From: Parvularia atlantis
Lineage: Eukaryota
Direction of reading: 5' to 3'
NCBI GenBank assembly: GCA_943704415.1
Contig: CALSCO010000670.1
Span: 1 to 43,897, forward strand
Length of the DNA: 43,897 bases
This document shows positions 34,979-43,897 of this stretch, piece after piece. A model generated the notes under the pieces. That model was not told where the DNA came from and ran no database searches. It saw only the letters and a list, made by a program, of their open reading frames with translations. Each line of letters opens with the position of its first letter. The first letter of the stretch is position 1. The position numbers and the translations under genes are program-made.

Positions 34979-37900
34979 TCACTCGTCGGCAGGGTCGAGG
35001 TCGAGCGTGCTGCTCTTGTACTTTTCGCCGGCCTCCTCGGTCTCGCTCGGGTCGACCTCGTTGCGGATGCCGACGAGCACCTTGCCGACGGCCTCGACGC
35101 TGCCGATCAGAGGCTTGAGCAGCGCGGACGGGATCGCGCGCAGAGCCGTGCGGGCTGACGCGGCGGCGCCCTGCGCGACCCGAGGTCAACTTTCCCCCCG
35201 CGCGCAGTCACGACAGAGGCGCACGCACGTGCTGGTGGTAGGCCTCGATCGGGAGCGTCACGGCCGAGTAGAGCGCGTCGCCGAGACGCGCCTGGAGCGA
35301 GTGAAGCCCCTGCTGCGCGCCCTCGCGCACGTTGGCCGGCGGCGACGCGAAGAACGAAGGGTCGAACGACTCGGTGCTGCGCGACTCGCCCGCGGCCGCC
35401 TCGTCGCCCTCAACCGGCTCGCGGCTGGCCACGGCCGAGTTGGCGAAGAGCAGGATCATCTGCGTGCCGACGACGAGCTTGGTCGAGAGCTTGATTGTCT
35501 CAAGCGTGAGCGTCTTAATGACCGTGCCGGCCCCCTGTCGCAGCACGCTGCACACATGCGGCGCGCACGAGCTGTCTGTCAGAACCGGGCGCGTGCGCGT
35601 GCGCGTGCAGCCGACAGCGTGCGCACCGGCCGTCGCCGCGCGTGGGTGTAGCGATCAGGTTGAGCAGCGCCGACGCCAGGTTGACGATCGAGCCGACGAC
35701 GGTCACGCCGGACGCCACGCCGACGCCCGTCGCGACAAGGTCGATCAGCTGGTACTTGGCCAAGACGCCGTCGCGCACGCGCTCAAAGCCCTCGAGACCG
35801 GCCAGCCGCACGGCCGGCAGCCGCACGACCGAGCCCTCAATGTGGAACCGCTTGGCGAGCTCGATCAGGTCGCCCTCGAGCAGTGAGTCCCAGTGCAGCA
35901 CCCCGGGCATGTAGTCGACCTTGACCGCGACCGGCGCGATCGTCACCAGCTGGTAGAACGTCTTTGGCCCGTCTGTGGGCGACGGCGGGGCGACGCCGTA
36001 CGGCCCGGGCACGGACGGCGGGGTGTGCGTGAAAAAGTCCAGCAGGAAGTCAAACACGCCCTGGTCGATGTAGAGGCGCACGGGCAGGATGCGCAGGCGC
36101 AGGCGGGTCTCGATCGTGGGCACGCGCGGGCTCTGGCGCACGGCCGTGCTCTGAAACTCGAGCATGACCGAGCCGGTCTCGCGCGGCGGGTCGTTGGGCC
36201 CAGGCAGCCAGTACGTCAGTAAGTGCTTGAACTGGGACGAGCGCAGGAGGTCGCGCACACGCAGATCGCGCACGGTGATGGTCAGGTGCGACGCGACCAG
36301 GTCACCCGGAGCAAACGTGCGCCACCCGATCGCGAAGGCGAAGGCGTACGCCTTGAGCACGGGCGCGGCCGAGCGGGCACGCTGGAAGCGCAGGTGCGCA
36401 CGCCTGTGTGCACACACGCGCGGGCGGTCAGATCGAGATGCGCCGCGCACGGACGCCCACGCACAGGTCCGCCGACTTGGCCGTGCGCGCGTCCAAGTAC
36501 GCCTTGGCGTCGTTGAGCTCAATGTTGGTGAAGTCGTCGCAGCCGTGGTCCGCGTCAGGTGCGGCGGCAGGGTCGTCGTCGGGCGTGGGCGGGGCGCTGG
36601 CTGCAGGCTCGGCGGGCTCGTCGTTGTCGTCGTCCGCGCTGGCACTGGCGGCTGGTGCAGCTGCGAGGGCCGCGCGGGCCGGGGGCGGGGTGCTAAAGTC
36701 GAGGCCGTCGTACAGGCACCAACAGAGGACGTCGACGGTGATGTCGAGGTGAAAGGCGGGGCGCTCGGGCAGGGCGTACTCCTTGGCGCGGTCGTTGTTC
36801 TCGTGCGCGTGCGTGCGATCAAAGTGGTCCTCGTCAAAGCGCAGCGGCGCGTCGTCGATCACGCGGATGACCTCGGCCGGGGCGTCGGCCGCGCCAAAGG
36901 TGAGCTGCGACTCGTCCGGCGTCCTCAGCGCGGGCAAGTCCTCGGGCGGCTCCGCGGGCGGCTCCATGTCGAGGCGGATCTCACTGCCGCTCAGCAGGTC
37001 CATCCGCGCGCGTGGCCGCGGCACGTCGTCCAAGTGGTCCCAGTCGAGGTCTGGCTCGCCCTGCATTGGCTCTGGCAGCGTGCCGGAGTCAGGTGCGGAT
37101 GTCGGCGCGGACGAGCCGTTGCCGTCCGCCGGGGAGCCGTGGCGGGGCGCTGACCGCCCGCCGCGGTAGCCAGCACCGGCGATGGGCGTCTCTGGCTGGA
37201 TTTCGCCTGCGCGGTGCACAAATGTGGTCTCGTCCACGGCGTCGAGGGCCTCCTGGTCCACCACGACAGCGTCGTGGGCGGGCGCGGACGTGTCGGCTGC
37301 CGCGGCGTCGGCTGCCGCGGCGTCGGCGTCCAATGGGCGCGACAGATCCTTGCCCTCGACCAGGTAGTTGATCGCGCGCACAAAACAACTAAAGCTGTCG
37401 GCGCACGTGTCGATGACGGCGCGGCCAAAGCGCAGCTGCACGAGCGACTCGAGTCCCGTGCGGATGAAGAGCGTGGCGTCCTGCACGGTCAAAACGGCGA
37501 CGTAGCCGAGGGCCTGCCAGGGCGGGCTGTCGGCCGCGATGATGGTGCCAGTGGGCACGAGGGCGCCGTCGTAGTCACGCAGCCAGACGCGCAGGCCGGT
37601 GCACGCGAGGTTGAAGGCGAGCGTGGGCGAGCCGACGATGATGAGGCTGGAAAAGTCGCCGCGGGAGACGGCGAGGACGGCGTGGAACGAGTCGAGCCTG
37701 GGGCGGTACTGCGCGGCGATGTCACTCAAGGCCACGTCGAGCTTGATCGTGCGGTGGAGGTAGTCGGCGTAGAGGCCCTCCATCGGCGGCTCGTCGAGCA
37801 GGCGGGGCAGGCGCGTCATCCAGTCGGACGCAGGCAGGTACTGCAACACGAGGCCGTGCACGCGCAGGGCCACGGCGATGTCTTTGATCCGCGCGACCTT

Positions 37901-40860
37901 GTCCCAGCCGATCGTGAGGAGCATGTCGAGCACGGGCGCGGCGGTGGCAGCGGCGGCCGCGGCGGACGAGGACCTGTTGATGAGGTCCAGGGGCGCGCTG
38001 GCGTCGGTGACGTCGGCCAGGCCGGCGTCAGTCACGGTGAGGTGAAGAAAGTTGAGATTGTACCCGCGCAGCTGGATCACGCGGAAGGCGCGCAAGTCGG
38101 CCACGTCGATGGCGTACAGGGTCATGCCGTCGGTGATCGAAAAGGCAATCTTGCCGACGACGGCGTCGGCGCAGAGCAGGTGCACGTTGGCCGAGGGCGG
38201 GCGCAGGCTGCGTCGCACATACACATGGGCCGTCTTGTCATCGTCCTCGCCGGCCGCTCGGAAGACAATGTCGCGCGCGGGCGCGGCGCGCTCGGCCAGC
38301 GTGCCGACAAAGCGCGGCGTCCACTCGGTGGCCTCGTTGAAGATGAGGTCGGCCATCTCAAACTGGGCGCGGTCCATGTGCGCAATCACGCGCCAGATCG
38401 TGCACGTGAGCAGCGCCTTTGCCATCTGACGCGCGGTGGCGTTGAAGCCGCTCGGGTCGGCGCGGTGCTCGCGCATGAGCTCGGCGGCGTCGGGTGCAGT
38501 CGTGAGGCTGGCACCGCATGGGTCCTGCCAGTGCACGATGGCCGACGACGTCTGCGCGTGGTCGCCGCCGTCGACGAGGGCGATGGCCGTCATCTGCGCG
38601 GGCGTAAGCGCGCGCGCGCGTGTGTGTGTGCGCACGAAGAGAGGTGCCCGCGCACCGTGTACTGTCGCGACGCGGCCACGGGTTGCCGCAGGCACACGAG
38701 CACCTTGTTGAAGCCGACGTACAGGTCGCGCGGGTCCAGGCCGATCAGGCCGACCTCGTTATGTCCCGCGAGCACGGCCAGGTCGTGCAGGTCGACGACG
38801 GTGCTGGCGGGGTACGTGTACAGCCCCGGGCGGAAGTCTGAGCGGGTCGGGTCGACGACGACGCGCGCCGTGGCCAGGTCAAGGCGGAGCATGGGGCAGT
38901 GCAGCGAGACGGCCGTGGGGCGCGTGCGGCGCGCGCTGCGCGTGTGTGCGTGGGCGTCCTGGCCGTCCTCGTCGTCCTCGGGGTCCTGCGTGCGGGCGTC
39001 CGGGTCGAGCGGCGGCACAATAAAGTCGTGCAGGCGGTCGAGGACGCGCAGGTCGAGCCGGAGGAGGAGCGGCTGGAGCTTGATGGCGACCGAGGTGCGC
39101 GCGGCGTGCTGCTCGACGGTGACGACAATGTCCGGCTGCAACGACGCGGCCGCGCCGGCCATGGCGCTGCGCGGGGCGTTTGCAGGGCGCGCAGAGGGGC
39201 GGAAGAGCCCGCAGGCGGTCATGGCCGCGGCGAGCTCGGGCGCGCGCTCCGGGGCGACAGCGGTGGTGTCGGCAGGCAGGGCCGCGGTGAAGGCGAGGAC
39301 GGGCACGACGGGCTCGACGGGGAAAGGGAAGAACTCGACGACGGACGGGGCGAGGAGCTCGGGCGGGAGGCGCTCGTGGGCGGTCATACTCTGTACGGTC
39401 ACATTCACGGCGAGCTTGTGCTTGGCCTGGGTGAGTTCGAGCGCGAGGCTGTGGATGTGCAGGCCCACGTGCGAGGCCGGCCCCGTCAGCAGCTGCACGC
39501 CCACCTGGCGCAGGTGCAGCTGCAAGTGCAGCGTGGTCGGCAACTGTGTGGTCGGCGACGGCTCGCTCGGCACGGTCGCGGGTGCGGTTGGGAGTGTGGG
39601 CGCGGCGGCGGGCTCGTAGTCGCTGCGGTCGTCGTCGTCATCGTCGTCATCATCGTCGTGGCGGCCCTCATCGTCGTCGTCGTTGGCACGGTCGTGCTCG
39701 CGGTTGAGGCCGAGGTCAATTCGGGCAAAGTCGGCGGCGCCGAGGCTGCGCCCGAGCATGGGCTCGGCGTCAGTGCTGGAGACGCGCGAGCGCGCGAGCG
39801 GCGTGTGGAAGGCCGACGCGGCCGGCGAGTCGACTGAGACGAGGCTGCCGGGCGAGGCGGCGCGGGCGTCGTCGTCGTTGCCGTCGTCGCCGTCGTCGCC
39901 TTCATCGAGCCCGTCGCGGCGCGCGGTGAGGGCGGTGGCGAGGGCGACGAGGGTGTGCAGGTGCTGCGGCGCGAGGACGACATCGACGCTGCGGAGGAAG
40001 CAGTCGATGTCGTAGGCCGGGCTGACGTTGGCGAGGAGGGCAAGCTTGAGGTTGATGTAGTTGCTCTTGTCGACGTGGACGAGGACGTCGGTGTCGTTGA
40101 AGCGGAGGTCGGCGCCGGCGAGGCGGATGACTTTGAGCGCGACGGGGGCCGTGGTGGCGGCGTCGGGCGGGGGCGGGGTCTCGTCGCGCACGGTGACCTC
40201 GGGCAGGTGAAGGGCGATGTCGGCATCACTGTAGCGCAGCACGAGGGTGGTGTCGCGCGCGTCGACCTTGACGCGCGAGAGCATGCGGTTGATAAACTGC
40301 GTGAGGATGGCGCCGACATCGTCGCCGCCGGGCGCGGGTGTGGCGGGCACGGGCGCTGGCTCAGCTGCGGACTTCTCTTGGCGCAGGTACTCGTCGGCGA
40401 TTTGCTGCGACGTGACGAGGCTCTCGAAGACGGACGCTGCGGTGGCGGCCGGGCGCTCGGGAACGTGCTCGAGCACGACGTGCGTGCCCTCGACGGTCAC
40501 GGTGAGCGTGGCTGGGCGCGGCGCCACGTCACGCGTCGACACACGTCAGCGACCGCCCCCCCAACGCGCGCGCGCGCGGCGCGCCCGCGCACCCTGCCAG
40601 AGGCTCTCCCACGTCACCTGGACGGTGACCGCACCTACGCGGCCGCTGACGACGCGCGCGGGCAGGGCCTGGACGAGGCGGTTGAGCTCGTCTGTGTTGA
40701 GTTCGATGTCGCGCAGGACGACGACGCCGCGCGACGACGAGACCTCGACGTCGAGCTGCTCGAGCGCGAGGTCCTGACGGAAGAAGGGCCCGAGGGTGCG
40801 CTTGAGCGCGAACTTGACCACGCGCGCCTGCACCCGCTGCGTGAAGCCCCAGAAGGACAT
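34979..40860 (-). CDS. ATG2: Autophagy-related protein 2 (chorein-N lipid transfer protein)
   Basis: N-terminal RVVKFALKRTLGPFF..L.LEQLDV; RLRILPVRLYIDQ...FL..FF; VKVDY.P; C-terminal PANVREG...VRAIP.A.LKP.IG..EAV.K.L.G.RN..DP...KYK. Confidence 0.92.
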
Positions 40861-41013
40861 CGCGTGCGGGGGGCGTGCGGCGGTGCTGTTTGGTCGCGTC
40901 TGTGTGTCACCGAACTTCAATGTTGCGTGCCGTCGTTTGTCGTCTACAACAACCGCGCGCGCGACCAACACCGACACAGAGGAAGCTATCATTATTGTCG
41001 TTTGCCGCGGCAG

Positions 41014-42023
41014 TCAGACCATCTCGACATAGCGCGAGGCCAGCGCGAGAAAGTCGAGGCCGCGGAAGGCCGGGAGGGTGAGCGTGAGGGCGGCGGCGGC
41101 GGCGGCGGCGGGCTCGGCGTGCACGAAGACGGCGGGCAGCGCGAGCTCGGCGGGGCTGGGCGGCGCGGTGGGCGGGGGCGTGTCGTTGTCGGCGTGGATG
41201 AGGTCGCGGATGGTCAGGCGCGGGCGGTTGTGGTGGGCGAGGCGTCCGAGCTGGGCCTGGAGCAGCGCCATGTCGCCCGCGTGCAGCGTCCCGCCGGACG
41301 TCTTGACAAACGGGGCCGCGCTGCCGTAGCCCGAGGCCGGGCTGTCGAGCGAGGCGAGCGAGTCGGTGTCCTCGGTGTCGGACGAGCGCAGGGACAGCTG
41401 CGAGCTCGTGCTGCCGCGCCGTGCCGCGACGATGGCCGACGCGGGCGCCGATGCCCGCCGGCGCTGGGTTGAGGCGCGGAGCCAGGCGCGCGTGTCGTCT
41501 GCGAGGGGCGTGCCAGCTGTGGCGGCTGCGGCGGCGTGCGGCGAGGACGGCGGGCAGAAGAAGCGCTTGAGCGCGAAGACGCCCTGGGCGGGCTTGACGA
41601 AGGGCGTGGCGGGGTTGTCCTTGATGTCCTTGTTGAGGCGCGCGTTCATCGAGTTGATGGGCGTGTTGCCGCTGCCGCGCACAGAGTTAGTCATGAACGC
41701 GGAATGTGCAGGGGGAGCAACGGGGCGCATGGCAACCCGACCAGTGTGGGAATCGGAGGCAAACAAATGGCACGAGTGCCATGACGCCGTCGCCACACAG
41801 ACAGATCCCGTGGGCGTGTGCCCGGGAAGCATATCGCGCGCGACGGGCGCGGCGTGCGGGCAGCGAGAGGCTGGGGGCAAGAGGGGGGCACGCACACGAG
41901 CTGGACGAGTTGTCGGCGGCAGATGCCCTCGAACAGCTGCTGGTTGGTCAGGCCGGCCGTGCGGCCGCGGATCTGCGCCTCCTCCTCGAGCACGGCCTCG
42001 GCGGCCTCGGTCCACTTGAGCAT
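41014..42023 (-). CDS. HARE-HTH (HB1/ASXL-type winged HTH) domain protein
   Basis: WTEAAEAVL...LT..QL...I..RQLVQLV|GNTP.NSMNARL...F.K...GVFALK after removing intron 41672-41895. Confidence 0.75.
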
Positions 42024-42580
42024 GTCTGTGCGGGCTGCGTACGTGTGCGCGGTGGCGGCGGCGGCGGCGCGCGGGATCAGCTGCCACGGAACTCAGCGCG
42101 GCGCGTGCGCGGTGTTGCGTGCGGCGGCCTGAAACGGGGTGTGTCGCCGTCGCAGCTGACGGAGGGGGGCCGCGACGCAAAAGCGCGGAGATGCGCGGCG
42201 GCCCGGCAGCGGAGGCAGCACGCTCACCGCGGCGCAGCACGGCCAGCGACAGGAGGAGGACGGGCCAAAGGTGATTTGAGGGCGGCGCGTGCGGCGCGCG
42301 GCACGCGGGCGCAGGGCGACGCGAAGGCCGGGCAGAGCGGCGAGCAGCGAGCAGCGGCGAGGCGGTGGCGGCGGCAGGCGGTGGCGGCGGCGGGCGAGGG
42401 CCGCGGGGGGGTGCGTGAGAGCGTGGTGTGCGCTCGCAAGCAAAAGTGATGCTCTCTTCGCACGCGCTGTGAGACAAGGACTCGGAAGGGTTGCGTGCCA
42501 AGCGTTGGTAAGTGACCGGTTTTGCCGGCGCGATTGCGGGCGCGATTGCCGATGTGTTGGCGCGCGTATGGGCGGCGTGG

Positions 42581-42652
42581 GTGCGCGGACACGGCCGGCT
42601 TGGCTTGGCGCGCGGAACACGGCCGGCACGGGCTGGCGCGCGGAACACGGGC
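42581..42652. repeat. Three imperfect copies of GCGCGGA(A)CACGG at about 28-nt spacing in a divergent promoter region
   Basis: Directly visible between the HARE-HTH and RING genes. Confidence 0.7.
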
Positions 42653-42767
42653 GATGATCTGCGTGACAACGCTTAATGTTTGGTGATGTACCCAGTGTGG
42701 CCGCGCGCATACCGACGTGGCTGCCAGATGGCGCGGGCCGTCGCTCACACTGCTCACGCCGCCGCAG

Positions 42768-43024
42768 ATGGACACGACGGACCAGCAGTGCTCGGTCTGC
42801 CTCGACCCGATCGACCTGCGCGAGCACGCGGTCGCGCGCCTGACCTGCGGGCACTACTTCCACCTGAGCTGCATCGGCAGCACGTTCAACTTCCAGGGCA
42901 AGATGCGCTGCCCCAACTGCCGCGAGCCGCAGGACAACCGCCCGGGCGAGTGGACCTTTGCCGAGGGGCCGATGCACAGCTTCTACGACGACCACTACGG
43001 GGCCGGCGCAGAGCCCGACGCCGA

Positions 43025-43056
<32 letters not shown>

Positions 43057-43542
43057 ACTACCCAGACTACGACATCGACCCGGACGTCGACCTGGCGTTC
43101 GAGGCCGATGTGGACCTGGACGAAGACGCCAACATGATCTACGAGCACGACTACGGCCACGGGTGCGCAGTGCGCACACGCGGGCGGGCGGTTGTCGGCG
43201 CGCCTCAAGCCGCGCGTGCGCGCACGCAGGGAGACGGCCTGGCACGGCTGGCACAACCACCTCGAACTCGAGGCGCGCCGCTACGCCGAGGCGTACCTGG
43301 ACGTGGCGGACGAGGACGAGCCCGACTATGACGACACGGTGGGCGGCATGCGCGCGTATCCGGTGATTCCGAGGCGAGTCGACATGTGCCTCGACTACTG
43401 GGAGAACGTGGGCGAGTACGACGAGTACGACGACGACGTGGACGAGCCCCTGCCCGCGCCCGCGCCCGCGCCCGACGATGCCGCCGTGGCCGCCGTCGTC
43501 GCCGCCGTGGCCGCTGTGGCCGCCAACGACTCCTCGCCGTGA
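42768..43542 (+). CDS. RING-H2 protein, RFI2-like finger with acidic tail
   Basis: CSVCL...LTCGHYFHLSCIGSTFN..GKMRCPNCR; one intron at about 43163-43229. The ATG directly follows a CGCAG acceptor, so an upstream exon is possible. Confidence 0.8.
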
Positions 43543-43659
43543 TGAAGGGGGCTTGTTTACGATCTGGTGTACAAAGCCGTGCCCGCGCGCGCGCGCGCAC
43601 GCGCCCGATGATGCCGCCGCAGCTGCGATGAACGAAGTCGCGGTCATGTATGGGGCTTA

Positions 43660-43897
43660 CCCCTGAGTACAAAATGGATGAGAAACAACATTCACTTCAT
43701 TCACGTTCAACATCCACAGGAAAGGAGTCAGTACCTGTCCGTGTTTCAAAAGGAGCGCACCATTGCTTCGGGGTATAGGCCCTAGTTCAGAGCCCGATCC
43801 GGGTCGGGCACGGTGTGCAATGTGTTCCTTGCCGGTGATCTTGTGAGTGAGGGAAGGCTGCACGAATGGTCAGCGCGCGATCGCCGGGCATGCCGGC
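43660..43897 (-). mobile_element. Right end and omega-RNA scaffold of another Fanzor element, same subfamily as copy A; runs off the window
   Basis: Aligns with 1372-1614 with about 5 substitutions and 5 gapped nt; same TA|CCCCTGAGTAC boundary; unrelated flank. Confidence 0.92.

Noticed and set aside
37214..39619. 801-aa plus-strand ORF, and similar long R/A/G-rich ORFs throughout
   Set aside because: Antisense to ATG2. Stop codons are scarce in GC-rich DNA and no domains are recognisable.
1372..43897. Whole window as one giant element bounded by the two 240-nt repeats (LTR-like or composite transposon)
   Set aside because: The interior is ordinary housekeeping genes. There are no TG...CA ends or retroelement ORFs, and each copy is explained as a separate Fanzor right end.

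Overview
GC-rich, very compact eukaryotic genomic DNA, most likely from a unicellular protist. Most introns are about 40-65 nt (GTGCG...CTGAC/CTCAC...YGCAG), so the six-frame ORFs are mostly exon fragments or GC-driven shadows. About 21 host genes can be reconstructed by eye: an SDR, a class I methyltransferase, a Slo/BK K+ channel, an MFSD4-like transporter, CMTR1, THUMPD1, a P13-like GT8 glycosyltransferase, NAA30, an ankyrin protein, a START protein, ABCG, an RNF181-like RING, LTV1, a tandem RA-domain protein, a GRIPAP1-like protein, TFIIH p44, DDX31/Dbp7, a coiled-coil/TM protein, ATG2, a HARE-HTH protein and an RFI2-like RING. The standout is a family of Fanzor (eukaryotic TnpB) non-autonomous elements. 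At 1372-2535 two divergent Fanzor remnants lie back-to-back, each followed by an outward-facing putative omega-RNA ending in GGG|TA, with compensatory base pairs between the two scaffolds. A near-identical third scaffold with a different flank (predicted guide) starts at 43660. Other oddities are same-strand genes only 7-14 nt apart, shared stop codons, recurrent GC-AG introns and two long structured introns. All gene models and family calls are manual, from recalled motifs; no searches were run.
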